DNA of 63,992 bases, the filler included, from Welwitschia mirabilis (taxonomy: Eukaryota), in assembly GCA_051453625.1 (NCBI GenBank). It is 9 parts of one record of this genome, joined end to end, with 100 filler letters (N's around TTAATTAATTAA, not from the genome) between each part and the next. Parts side by side here need not be neighbours in the genome. Positions count along the whole stretch, not along the records: positions 12,226 to 37,612 come from JBOZIK010000001.1; positions 37,713 to 40,352 come from JBOZIK010000001.1; positions 40,453 to 49,470 come from JBOZIK010000001.1; 6 more parts are not named here. One strand, written 5' to 3'. The position numbers and the translations under genes are program-made. Positions 27,401-41,134 of this stretch are shown piece after piece. The notes below the pieces were generated by a model, which was given only the letters and a program-made list of their open reading frames with translations, was not told where the DNA came from and ran no database searches. The number at the start of each line of letters is the position of its first letter. Position 1 is the stretch's first letter.

Positions 27401-29395
27401 NNNNNNNNNNNNNNNCCATCATCCTTGTGCAAGTCTTAATAACACAATGTTTTATTGAATAAAAGGATCTCACTAAAAGTAAAGGATGTTCACCATTATG
27501 TTTAACTTCTATAATAACCACATATATGGAGTAGAAGGCTTCTTCAATTTGAATCACTAAATATTTAATTATTCCTATAGATTTCTTAGTTAATGCATTA
27601 GCCAATTCCAACACTATTTTGGTAGGTTTAATTCTCCCTTCTAATCCAAGCTTTTTGCAAATGTAGAAAGGCATAATATTAACACTTACTCCTATCTCTA
27701 TTAGAGATTTATAGATTTTCTTATTTGCTTCCAACATAATATCTTCAATGAATATCATGAAACTTTAAAATTAGGACCTTTTTAAAAAAGTAAGTTTGAA
27801 AGATATTATGCAATGAATACTTTACTTGGAATTACTCTCATTTGTTTTCTTTTCGATAAGTCCTTCCAAACTTTATTGTACTTGGGATTGTCTTAAAGGA
27901 TCCTCCAAAAGGATAGGTTGATAGGAACATCATTCATAACTACTTTTAAACACTCATCATAAGTTAGATTGTTGTTTAATCTTTTCGGCCATAATGTAGT
28001 TTTCTCCTTAGGATGTTGGTTGTTGTTATTGGATTTAGAAAAGTTTAGTTGATCAAGAATTTCAATTTCATTTTCTTAAGATGTTTTTATATATATAAAA
28101 GTTGAATCTTTCTTATGAGGAATAGTATTATGTCCACTTCTAGTTACTACTTTTCAATATTTCTTTACATCATTTGGGTTTGAAATAGTTTGAGTGATAA
28201 GTAATCCTTGAGGTCTTTAATTTTCTAAAATTTTTTAACAAAGGAGATCAATCAAATTTTTGAAGTTTTTATTCTAATTTTTTAAGATCTCATTGGTGGT
28301 ATCTCACATATTTTTTAGTTCCTCCATCATTGTTTTATAAGGATCATTTTTATTATAGTTGGAAAAATTGGACTAAAAGTTATGATTTCTATAGTTGTTA
28401 TCAAATGAAGATTGGAAAGATATTGAAGGTTTATTATTTCTTGATGGATATTGTTGGTTCTCTTCAACATTATTTGAATTTTGATTAAATGTAAAAACTT
28501 CATTGAACATGACCTTTGTACAAGTTGATCAAGCTAGTATTCCTTAGTAGAGTGATAGTTTTCATCACATATTTCACAATGATTGAGTTGATTTAGAAAT
28601 CTTGCATTAGTTAAAGATTTTGTGTAACTCTCCAATGTGCTAGTAAGATAACTAAGCAGGATGTTAGCCTTTGGTTGTTGTTCTTCATGTTATACATTTT
28701 TTGAATCTTTATAAGAATTTAACCTATAGTTCTATCATCTTTACATGTAGTTTTTGGCTGATTTTAACTTATTTCTACAAGCACTTCTAATAAGTTATAA
28801 GAATTATCTAAGGTCAAATTAAGTAAATCTTTGTCACATGAAAAATCTACCAATCCTTTGGTTTAACTATTCAATCCACTATAGAGGTGATTAATAAGTT
28901 TTTATTTTTCAAACTCATTTATAGGATTAACTGACATGACAATTAAGAATCTTTCATATGTTAAGGAATAATCTTCATGAAGGTATTATTAAAAATTTAT
29001 TACTTTTTTCCTTCTTGTTCTCATGACTATTTTATGCATGAACCATTTGGCAAAGACTTCTTGTACATGATTCCATGACTTAAGACTTCTATGTGTAATG
29101 GTTTTAAGCCAATTTTTTACTTTTCCTTTTAAGGTAAATGAAAGATTATCATGTAGGCCCTATTTAGAATTTTATTTTTCCCATTTCTTGAATTAAGGAT
29201 GAGTTGTTCAATATCAATTATGTGTTGGAGTGATTCTTCAATAGATTCTCTAGAAAAGATAGGATAAGCATTCAAGTTTTCTAACTCTACGTCATCTCTA
29301 GGAAGTAAGTCAAATGGATTGAAAAGTTCCCTTTTTTTGTTGGCTAAAATATCCTTTAAAGTAACACTTAAATTAGATGATTTATTGGATACCAT
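24500..29395 (-). pseudogene. Degenerate gag and aspartic protease, with the gag-C/protease block present twice
   Basis: ORF 29129-29395 (gag N-terminus), a CEICDENYHSTKEC-type knuckle (about 28540-28580 and 27230-27275), and protease SLIEIGVSVNIMP (27670-27710) and ALIDIGVSINIM (about 25450-25485). Confidence 0.85.
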
Positions 29396-30323
29396 ATAAG
29401 TCAGAGTATTAGGATGATTAGGAAAAATAAGAGAGGTAGGATTTTTAGTATAACTTAGTTGATTTTAAAAAAATTTTAAAGACTTAGAAGTATGTGAATA
29501 AGAAATAGTAAATTCAAAATAATCATCTTACTTAATTAAAGAATTAAATTTTTATTTCTCACTTCGAGTTCTTAAATTAAAGTCCACCAGACCTTCTTTG
29601 ATTACTTCATCAAGAAAATGTTTTCACAAGTGTCTTTGCCTTTTCTGCTATTTACCATTACCCTATAAAATTAATTTATGTTAAATAGACTTTTTTACAT
29701 TCAAGTGGCATCAATCTTTAAGATCACACAAAGGTGTAAGAAGTAGGGTATTCTAAATGAATGTGGTAATCACTCATATCGCACGAAGTGCAAAGTGTAG
29801 TTTAAGTTTGTTGCACATAATAATCAATGTGGTAATCCCCAAAACCATATGAAGTGCTAGGGGTAGACCTAATAAATTGATGAATTGAAATATAAATCCT
29901 TCAAATTAAAATTNNNNNNNNNNNNNNNNNNNNNNNNNNNNNNNNNNNNNNNNNNNNNNNNNNNNNNNNNNNNNNNNNNNNNNNNNNNNNNNNNNNNNNN
30001 NNNNNNNNNNNNNCCCCAAAACCATATGAAGTGCTAGGGGTAGACCTAATAAATTGATGAATTGAAATATAAATCCTTCAAATTAAAATTACACTTGAAA
30101 GTAAAAAAAAAAATTGCAAGAAATAAAAATTACAATTTACAAGAAAGGAAATTAAAGTAGACTCCAAATGGAAAATCAAATAATTAGTTATAGATCAAAA
30201 GGTAATCATGCAATTGCAAGTATATCCAAAAGGATAAAATACAACACCACTCAAAAAAACAAATTGAAATGAATTCAAAATACTTACTTGAGTAATGACA
30301 ATCTTCGTTTTCTCTTGAAGTCT

Positions 30324-30344
30324 TCCCAGGCAATGGTGCCAAAA
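30324..30344 (-). promoter_or_regulatory. Primer-binding site, tRNA-Asp type
   Basis: Minus strand TTTTGGCACCATTGCCTGGGA matches the Athila PBS TGGCGCCGTTGCCGGGGA and directly follows the LTR end. Confidence 0.8.
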
Positions 30345-31445
30345 TGTTATGATGTGTAATTGTACTTCTAATTCCAATATTCTAAAGATCGAATTTAACT
30401 TGCAACATCTAAAATGCTAATAATTAAATTACACACAATAGACATTTGTATAATAGGATTAATATAAATGTCGTATACTTAGAAAAGACTTCTAAAATAA
30501 AATATGAAAAATTACTTTCATAAAGAGAAGAATAACATATTTTGGAATTTTACTTAAAAGGAAATAAAATTAAACAATGCAATGACAAAATGGAATGCAA
30601 TGTAATGAAATAAAATGAAATGTAATGTAATGAATGAAATTATAATGTAATGAATTAATTAAACTTTTAATTTACTGTCACTTAGATTGATTCTTATAAC
30701 CTATTTCAATTATAAATTCATATTACTTAAATTGCAATTAAGATAAGATATAAGAAAGAACAATAAAAATCTTAAAAAGATTTCAATTCAATTAATAATT
30801 TTATTACTAAAATTGAATTACCTCCACTTATAACAACAACTTCTCAATGGAAGATTCACTTCCTAATACCAAGGTGATCCTTCTCATAAATAGGATGTAT
30901 CTCTTTGCCTTCAATAATCTCTAATTGTCACAAGAATATAGATGACAAAAGATGATTTTGAATAGCATCTAAAAGGGTCTATTATAGGTTGGGATAAGTT
31001 GCTAAAGGATGTAAAATGAAGAGGTATGAGTTAGATCCATCCTTTTATAATAATTTAATTAAGTTTACAAATTATTTTGACCATTGTCCATTATGTTGTC
31101 TCTATAACATAGAGGACGATACTCCATCTACCAAGTAATGCTTAGCATGTGTCAAATATGGTAACTATCATCCATCATCATCCTCACAACATAGAGGATG
31201 ACCATACGTTTCTAATTGTTATCACTTCTATCATCCTCATAACATGGAGGATGACCATAATATCTTCATCACATTGCTTTGGTTCATCATTACCCAAAAA
31301 TGGCTTCTTGTGTTGGAAATTATTATATCTTTTGACCTGTATGGAAGCTTTGTATGATTGGCATAAATCCTTGGAAAAACCTATCAATAAAACCTAAAAA
31401 TTTACTCCACAAGTGTATTAACTAGGTCAAGTTGGCATCACAATA
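30345..31445 (-). repeat. 5' LTR of the 21305-31445 element
   Basis: Termini TGTTATGATG...CATCACAATA; colinear with 21305-22388 but visibly diverged. Confidence 0.9.
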
Positions 31446-31899
31446 ATATTTGATATATTTTCTAGCTAGATGAATATCCTACAAATATACTAACAGAAGC
31501 ATGTACATCAATCTTGTCATAATGTTTGATAGGAATAAGGACATTACACTTACATTCAAATATATGAAAATGGATTAGAGTAGGCTTATATTCATTTCAT
31601 GTTTTAGTAGGGAATACACCCTTTTTTAGAAGCATGATCAACCCAGTTATTGAGATAGACTATACTACTAATATATTTACCTTAAAAATAGGTTATGTAA
31701 CCATTTAAGTACATCATTGGATATGCTGTATCCATTATAATTTAATTAAATAATTTAATAATTCCATTCTATTAAGGAACTCCTGGGTAAATTTTCAGAT
31801 GAAAAATGCCTGCTAAAGCAATAAAATCCTTAAATTTTGTTAATGTGCATTTACCACCATTGTTTCTTAAACTTATTACCAGTTTTCTTTTTCACTTTT

Positions 31900-33500
31900 T
31901 CTTCAAAATCCTTAAAAATATTTAAATCCAAAGATTTTAATTTCATAAAATACATCCAAGTCATACATGAATAATCATACATGGATGATATAAAGTAGTA
32001 ATATTCTTGAGCATAGGACTATATAGATCATTGTAAATGATTGGAAGATTTTAATTAGCATGCCACTGACTATAAAAAGAGCATTTTTGAGTGTTTGTTA
32101 CCCCTTATGCATGCTTTTCTTTAATGAAAATCATGAGGAATGAAACATAGAAGTTGATGTCCATTCTCACACAATTTAATCAAAGAATGGGGATTGAAAT
32201 AACCTAATCAAGCATGCCATAGAAGTGATGAGGAGATTTCTTATTCTAAGACATGATATGTAATTTCATGCATACTAACACATCCTTGAAGATGCATTAG
32301 TTTTCCATCCATGTAGCCTTTCATGACATGGCTCTAAAAGGCATTAAAAATATGGATGGTGTCCTTTATTATGGAGATTAAATAATCTTCTTTAACTAAT
32401 GTGAAAAGGAAGAGGAAATAGGATCTTAAATAGAGACATATAAAACATTAAATAGTGTTTGATATAAGAAAAATAACAATTAAAAGATAACTATACCATA
32501 ACCTTCTATAAGAACTAGAGTTATGTGTGCTAAATAAACCTAGCTAGGATGTGTTATGAAATCATTAAAATAATCACATATATATACCATATGTCTAGTT
32601 TCATTATTATTAAGAATCCAAAATGTGTCATGAGGTATGTTTAATCTTATATACATAAAATCATAACTTTAAAAAGTGGAATTGGATTTATAATATTTAA
32701 TACATACATTGATGACTGCATTTACCTTAGAAGTGTCTTTGATTTTATTCTAAGATATCCAATAATAATTAGTGATATGATCTTGTATTATGCATCGTAA
32801 ACATTGATATGTATTCTTATTTGGAACAACATTATTTTGATGTGATTTATTATTCAATTGAAACTAATGCTATTAAGGAGATGGAGTTGATTACTATTTC
32901 TAAGAAGCTTTATCCTTATTATGATATTTGACGTTAGTAGGTTACTTAATCAAACAAAGTTTATTAGGAAGAAAAGCACTATGAGGATGTGATATTTTGA
33001 ATGTAGCTTTAGAGGATAAAGTATTGGCAAAGTTAAACTATGTTTTGGTAGTAATAAAATCCTTACTAAGTGTGTCAAAATTCATTTGTAATAGTTTTCT
33101 ATAATCCTACAATGACATAATGTAGCTACACAATAATGAATCCTCCAAACAAAATATAATCAAAATAACATAATATGTGCTAACTTGGTTTTGTAAGTTA
33201 ATTTTAGAAACCTTTACTTTAATATCAATTATTTGTGAATTAGTTTTTGCATATTTTATTTCTCATAATGCAAGTTATTCATAATTATTATGAGGTTGAT
33301 AAGCTCTAAATCATTCTTTGAGTAGAATGTATCTTGCAATGTGATGAAGTTGGTTTATCTAGCCTTACTATGATCTACCAACTTCTTATGCTGCAAAGCC
33401 ATAAATTTTCTCATAATTTTCATTAACTTACTGTCAATAGACTTTTAAGAATTTAATTATTTAGTAGATTAAAGAGGAACATGCTCTTTCATAAAGAAAT
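31900..33500 (+). pseudogene. Possible highly decayed hAT-family transposase
   Basis: VLNKPS*DVL (HILNLxVQDxL-like, about 32527), KWNWIY (TRWNSTY-like, about 32675) and KYW (about 33020) occur in the order and rough spacing of Ac-like transposases. No TIRs were found. Confidence 0.4.
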
Positions 33501-35601
33501 CAGTGTCAATACCATATATGTGAATGATGAACATGAAATATTCATGTTAATCTTTATAACTCTAACCATTCTAAATAGTGACTCTTATGATAGCCATGAT
33601 TCTAGTTGTTAATATCCATGTAAAGGAGTCTGATAGAAGGTAAAAATTTCCTTTTGATATTTTCATGATTGATTGAGTAGAAAGATGATATGATAAGATG
33701 TGAGGTATAACCAATCTTTAGGGGGAATCTTCCTCACATCCACAGTTGAACAGAGAATTTATCTTTCACATAAAGAAAACATATCAAATTAAAATGAGAA
33801 AGTGAAGGAAAAAAACTATAAAAGATTAAACTAATTTAAAAAAGGATTTTGCTTACATCCATAAGTAAAATAATCTATCTAAATCATAATGATACTAAAA
33901 GATTAATAAAATGAGAAGATTACAATAGAAACATATAATCAATTTGAAAGGGATTTTTCTCATATTTATTATTTAAGTGATTTATTTCATCCACAAAAGT
34001 ATAACAAAGTTATAAAATTAATCCTCTAATGATCGCATACTAAAGGAAAAGAAAGTAATTTTTTTAAGAAATAGTTATGTGAATGTAATAAATTTTAATG
34101 TGATAGATCTAATTATTAGATGATTAAGTGAAAGATTTGTTAATTTTAGATATTGATTTTAATCTAAGTTATGATCACATCCTCTCTAAGGTTATAACAC
34201 TTTTTTATAGAAAAAAGTAAAGTAAAGTATCTAAGTTACTAGCCAATTTTAATTACCTCAACTATATACCTTTCTTAAAGAAGNNNNNNNNNNNNNNNNN
34301 NNNNNNNNNNNNNNNNNNNNNNNNNNNNNNNNNNNNNNNNNNNNNNNNNNNNNNNNNNNNNNNNNNNNNNNNNNNNNNNNNNNTTATAATATTAATCCTT
34401 CAATGATCGCATACTAAAGGAAAAGAAAGTAATTTTTTAAAGAAATAGTTATGTGAATGTAATAAATTTTGATGTGATAGATCTAATTATTAGATGATTA
34501 AGTGAAAGATTTGTTAATTTTAAATCTTGATTTTAATCTAAGTCATGATCACATCCTCTCTAAGATTATAACACTTTTTTATAAATAAAAGTAAAGTAAA
34601 GCATCTAAGTTACTAGCCAATTTTAATTACCTCAACTATATACCTTTGTTAAAGAAGAGTATAAGAAAATGTTGAAGACCTACTTATACCTTAAACTTAG
34701 TAAATTTTAATTGATTAAACTTATGATTTTCTATTAACTTAGCAATGAAACACATATAAACTCTACCACTATGCTTCTAGTCTTTACTTAATACACCCTT
34801 AATTACTAAGGAATGCATGAGAATATGGATCTTTGAATGCCTAGGACATTTCTTCTTAAGATAAATACAACTCCGTATGTGGACTAAACTACATATCTAT
34901 GTTATTGAAAGACTATGCAATAAGCTCAAAGAGAAACATAGCCTAACATAGATTAATTCCTACATAAGGCATTTTATGCTTACCGCCAGCCAAGACATAT
35001 TGCTAATAAAAATGTTTATATGATTAGGAAGTAGGTAATTTCTAATTTTAAATCTTAAAGTACATTAAATTTTTAAATAATAGCATTTAGCATAAAAAGA
35101 AACATAAAAAATCAGAAAACAAACTTGGGTAGTATAGTCAAGTGGATCTTATCCAACATTTTCATCTATCCAAATTAAAAATGAAGAAAAGGATTAAGTG
35201 ACAAAGATTAAGTCAAGTGAGTCTTGCTTCACATCCCAACTTGACTTAATGAATAAAAAGAAATTCTAATGGGCTATTACCTAAAAACCTTAAATATGTA
35301 AAAAATTCAAAAAAGGCACTAAAAGATACATGTGCGTAGAAGAGAGCTAAAAAACACCATAAATGACATGTGTGCAGACTTAAAGGAAACATATTAGAAG
35401 TTTTAGTAGTTTTATATGTGCAAACAAGGAATAAAAAGGCCGAATATAACTTTAGATAATATATAATTATAAATGAGAAAAAAAACCAAGGTTAAACCTT
35501 AAATTAAAGGAACATCTTCCTCTAGTGAAGCCATAATAGCCTAGGGCAAGTGCCTTGCTATTGCTAAAAGCACTGATACTTCTATTATGATTTATTACTA
35601 A

Positions 35602-35692
35602 AGTCACCAAACCAAGGACTTCTTGGTACTTTCTTTTGACTTCCATAATCACCAAACCAAGGAATTATTGGTATTCCCTTATGACTTCCATA
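35602..35692. repeat. Two-copy tandem repeat of about 45 bp
   Basis: TCACCAAACCAAGGA.TT.TTGGTA.T..CTT.TGACTTCCATAA occurs twice, and each unit contains a CCAA...TTGG hairpin. Confidence 0.8.
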
Positions 35693-36048
35693 AGTTATGC
35701 CCTCTACACCATTGTTCCATTACTTTATTTCTTAGCTTCTTGTTAAAAAAACTCTTTATTTATTTATCATAATAATATCATCTTTAAGGGATAAAACATT
35801 TTTTAATTTATTTAATATGTATTAATAAAATATCTTATGCTATTTTTAAATGAGAAAGCAAAGTTTTAAATATTAATAACTAGTCTAAAAAATTTGACAA
35901 CTTTAGGCTGAACCTTATTAAAAATAAGAGGTAATTATAACAACTCCATTAAATAAGGTAGATGACGGTATCTTGAATAATTAATATGAAAATTTAGTTT
36001 TTTTTATTACCACTAAAATAATGTGGTGATGTGTACAAGTATGCAAGG

Positions 36049-39000
36049 TGTTTACATGCAAAAATTGACATTCTAAGCAGGTATATTTGATTAATTTAGT
36101 ATAACAAGAAATATTAAATTAATTGTTTTTTATCATAAATTGATGTCTTTTGTTCTTTTCATTATGTTTCATGAAAATATGAACTTCCCCCAACATAAGT
36201 GTATTTATTACTACCTTTGAGAGTACATTTCATAAACTAAATACATTTTAGAAAAGAACATTGATGTCATCATCTAGAACCATTAATGTCATGAGTCTTC
36301 TTAGGTAGAGTCACTTAAAACTCATGTTCTTACACTTGTTTGAGGGGTTTATCATTTTACACTTGTAAGATAAGTCAAATTTTAATCCAATATAAATCTT
36401 TAAACTTGATGACACATGGTGGAAGTGTAAAATGACACATCATAGTAACATGCCATAGTAACGAAGATGATTACATGGAAGACAAACGATATGGCATCTA
36501 TTAGTAGTGTCATTAGTAATCAAAGGAAATGTTATTACCTTTCTTAAATTAGAAGACAAAGAATTCTCCTTTAAAGCTACATGCCAAAATTTGTAACTTC
36601 CTCCTTAATTAATTATCTTAATGTAACTTTCCTTATGTAACTATTTATGAAACACATCATGAAAAATTTCTCCAAGCCTTTTCTCATTTATAAAAGGTCC
36701 TTGAGCCCAGGTTGTAATATATCTTTAGTTAGCTAACATGGTGGAAAGACTTGGATTGCTAGAATGTCATGGCATTCTAATTACCTTTTCTAGGTTGGTT
36801 TTCAAGGCTAGTTAAGGATTCTTTTATCTTCACCTCTCTCTTTCTATTAATTTAATGTATATTTTTAGTTTTAATGCAAGAATTGGATTTTCCTTCTTTT
36901 ATTTTTAATGCACATTCATTTGGTATTAGCAATCTTTAGATGAGGCTAGTTCTTAAGTATTTGTTTATTCTTTTGTTGTTAATACATATTAAATTGATAT
37001 TAGCAATGCTTATGTGAAACTACTTAGTTATCAAGTTCTTCTATTACTGAGTGAGTTGTTTGAGGTTACTTCTATGATTTTGTAATTACTATCATTTAAT
37101 AGATCTTATTCATAATTATTCATACTTCTAATGCTTATGAAGGGCTATGAAGGATCAATGGGACTAAGCAACTCACGAACACTCATGTATTGGATGAGAT
37201 TATGCCTTCATGCCTAAGTCTTAATGACTTAATGATTTTAGTTTGTGTTTTAAAAATATAAGAATCATTGGAGTAAAGGAAAAGCATTAGAAAAATTAAT
37301 TAGGCCTTTGATGCACTTCTGTTCCCTTATGACATTAATAAAGAATCATTTCAAAATTCTTAAGTTTTGATTTTTTCCCATTTTGTTTGAATTTTTTATT
37401 ATAAGTTCAAAATAATCAAGTTTATTTTGATTAAGTTACCACATATATATCCCAATGAAAGAATGATACTAGGTTCTTATCTAGTTTAAATCTAGTTCAC
37501 TACTATACACAAATAACATTTTGATGCTGTTGTCAGGGATATTGGGATGATAGCTTTTCAAGAGTGCATGATTTTCTTCTAATAACTTTTTGAGTTATAT
37601 ATAGATAGATATNNNNNNNNNNNNNNNNNNNNNNNNNNNNNNNNNNNNNNNNNNNNTTAATTAATTAANNNNNNNNNNNNNNNNNNNNNNNNNNNNNNNN
37701 NNNNNNNNNNNNAATCACTAGGGCTCTTAACCAATAACATTAAGATGACCTTCCTACATTCCATGAATCTAAGATCCTTGAAAAATTTGAAAGGAATAAT
37801 GATAATAAAATTGATAATACCCTAACTATATTCTTTAAGAATGAGAAATAAACCTAAGAAGAAAACAATGAGGAAATCTGTGAAGACCTTGAATTTAAAA
37901 ATTCATTAAAGAGTGAATGACTATGTTGAAGTAGGTTATACTTTAGAGTAGGATGAAATACATCAGAGGATGAATAATTAATAGAAAATGAGAAACCATT
38001 TGTGGAATATAATACCTTTAATAGCTACACAATAGAGGATGAATTAATAAGTGACATTAATGAAGAAATCATAGAACCACAACCATTATCGCTTATGTAA
38101 GCAAATGAGGAAGAATCCCTTAGCAACCTTAACAAATAGAAGAACATTAGCAAAGAGCCCATTCATATCACTCTAATTATATCACTCTAATTATATCACT
38201 CTAATCTTTTTCTTCTAAGCAAGAATGAAGCTTTAATTAAGAAGATCAACCTTCATTAACTTTGGAACCATCTTATAAAAATTTTCATAATGAAAACTCA
38301 CCTTCTCTAATGCTTCCTAGCTTACTTTTATCTTCATCTCAAAAATAATATCTTATATGAATTATTGAATAAGCAAAAACTGGCTAAAGGATGGATGATT
38401 TTTAATTTTAAATACATAAATTTTATTATTAGTGTTAATGTTTTTTAAATTTTTATAGATTCATATATAAACATTGAGAAGTATTCTTTGTCATTTTTGA
38501 ATGCTTTGTAAAAATTTGATCGATCATGCAACCCTTGCATTCAACATCATCTTGAGCTTTCATGGATGCATTATCTTAGAAAATCCCTTTTGAAATGTTT
38601 GGCTTTATTATGTATTTTTATATTAGTTTTTTTTTAAATTAAAGTAGATTTTCCTCTCAGGATAGATTTAGAAAAATAAAAATGTTAAGAACATTTTTGC
38701 TTGATGGCCTCTCTCATTTAAAACCACTCAAGCACTACTATCTATATAATCATCACTTAAACATTTCCATTTAGGAAAATCCAAATATCACCCATGGCAG
38801 AGAATAAACTACCATTGCATTAAACTCTATCATACACCTCCTTCAATTTAACAATACCTAATAAAGCTTATCAACCACCTCCCCTTACATTCATTCATGT
38901 GTTTCTTAGATTAAGTGATTTTGGTTAATGGTCCTTAATAAATAAACTATAAATAAGTGATATCTTGTAATTACAAATTAGGTATAATTTAAGTTTACTT

Positions 39001-40352
39001 ATAGCTTTCCAAGAAAAGATTTTTTTAAATTTTTGAGTTAACTTATTAAGGTTAGTTTCACTTAAGATCTCCTAATTGGAAAAGGTCATTGAACAAAGGT
39101 GAAATCTAATGTCATGCTATGTTTAATGTTCTCAAAGAATTTTATGAGATAATACTTTTCTTAATTATGTTAATGAACCAATGGCCCCTTCTTGTGCATC
39201 AAAATTTATTAAATATGAGGAGTAACTAAAATAAAATGAAATATCTCCTCTTTAAAAGAACATTACTTATTGGTTACTTAAAAATTGGGTTTAGTTAACT
39301 GCATTGAGGCTATGGATGTTCATTGGTAATGTAGCTTTAATGATTTATTTTATGACATATTCAATTGCATTGGGCTAATACCAACTGGTAATGTAGCAAT
39401 AACTTCTTTATAGATAAACATGCTTAATTTTATTAGTAAGGAGATGTCATAACACTAAATGTCAAATTTCATCTAAATGTTTAAAACAAGAAATAAAGTG
39501 TAACTATGAAAAAGGTAAAAATGGAAAGAAAAAAAGTGTAATTTGGAGACACTTCTATGTTTACTTTATTTAACTTGTCTACTTAAAAAAAATTCTTAAC
39601 TAATTTTTTATTACTTATAGTTTTACTCAGAAGACTCTTGGTTTATTTTATAATGTGATACATTTTAAAATTAGAATAAAATGTAAAAATTTGTAATAAA
39701 TATGGCCATTAATTTAGATAGTTTATCTTTTTCAAATTGTTAGATAGTGTATTTTCATTAAAATTCATGTTTTTTTCTCCTCAGTTTGCATTGTAGTTTT
39801 CCCTAAATACTTACATCAAAATCATTCTCTACCCTTTTCTATAAAAAAATCATGTAATGTAATTGACTTGTTCTCAAAAGGCTTTATATTAAATTTTCTA
39901 TCTTTGTAACTTTAAGGATTAAGGTTTAATCTTGATTAGAAGGTATGAGATCAATTTGACATAATTTTTTGATTTTAATGCCTTACTTATCAAAAATTGA
40001 TAAATAATTTTCAAAAATGATATTATTTCTAAACTTGAAAATTTTTTACTTAGTCAATTTTTCCATGTTGATCATTTCTTTATCAACTCTTTACTTAGAG
40101 ACTAGCAAAAATCTAGTAAGAATGTATGTTTACATGTAAAATTGACATTCTAAGTAAGTATACTTGATTAATTTAGCATAGGGAAAGACATTAAATTCAT
40201 TATTTTATTACAAATTGATGTCTTCTATCCTTTTTATTATATTTCATAAAAATATAAAATTTTCCTTAACATAAGTAGGTTTATTGCTGCTTTTAGGAGT
40301 ACATTGCATAAACTGAAGACATTTTAGCAAAGAATGTTAGTGCAGTCATCTA
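36049..40352 (+). mobile_element. Athila-like two-LTR element with no recognisable gag-pol (LARD-like), 3' LTR cut by a gap
   Basis: 5' LTR 36049-37518 (TGTTTACATG...TAACA), degenerate Asp PBS TTTTGATGCTGTTGTCAGGGA (37519-37539), and a second LTR copy starting TGTTTACATGTAAAATTGACATTCTAAG at 40127. A spacer gap at 37613-37712 may hide missing sequence. Confidence 0.75.
38165..38205. repeat. 14-bp tandem repeat, 3 copies
   Basis: ATATCACTCTAATT three times, essentially perfect. Confidence 0.9.
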
Positions 40353-41134
40353 NNNNNNNNNNNNNNNNNNNNNNNNNNNNNNNNNNNNNNNNNNNNTTAA
40401 TTAATTAANNNNNNNNNNNNNNNNNNNNNNNNNNNNNNNNNNNNNNNNNNNNAGCTTAAATTACTTATCCTTCTTTTATTTTGAATAAAATGTTTGCAAA
40501 CATTTCTCTGAGCATTCTCATATTCTCTAAAGCTGATTTCTTTGATTTTTTTTAGAGAGTTTAAATCCTATTTAGTAACTATAAAAAGATAAATTTCTCT
40601 TTTGAAACCTTCATATATTTGGAGGAGTTTACCCATTGCACTCTAATTTTGTCCTTTACCTACTTCATTATTGGAAGTATTTACCTTCTCTAAGGCTTGG
40701 TTGGATAATTTTTTCATAACCATCAAAGTAGTCATACAGTTTTTGGGGATAAAAATGCATGCTCCATGGTACCCTTAATTCTTGATCCCTAACTTTTGTT
40801 CTCTTTTCTAGATAGACATCTAAAATTTTATTTTCATAAAGCACTTTGCTATTCTCTTTCTTGAGCTTCTAAGAAGAATAGATATTTCTTTGATGGCATT
40901 TCAAATTTAATGCACAAAAATCTCTATATTCATTGGAGGTGTTTTTCTGAGATTAGAGAAAATTCATTTTTCAAAACCTTTATTGGACTCTACTCTAATG
41001 AAGAATAATCAATAGATGTATAAGAAAGAGAAGATGACTCTAGATTTTTTTGAAGGAAAGTGTTGAAAACCTTTTGTCATTTATTAATTTGATAAGTTTT
41101 TGTAGTTAGTTAATTATACAGAGATTTTCTAACA

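Larger units (their letters stand above)
21305..31445 (-). mobile_element. Complete two-LTR Athila-like Gypsy element, non-autonomous (gag-protease plus integrase tail only)
   Basis: Paired LTRs of about 1.1 kb, a PBS, a PPT and a 5-bp TSD (ATATG at 21300-21304, ATATT at 31446-31450). Gag and protease are present, but no RT, RNase H or integrase-core motifs were seen. Confidence 0.85.

Noticed and set aside
33700..35450. Possible further LTR with a PBS-like stretch near 34970
   Set aside because: No partner LTR, clear termini or convincing PBS match could be established.
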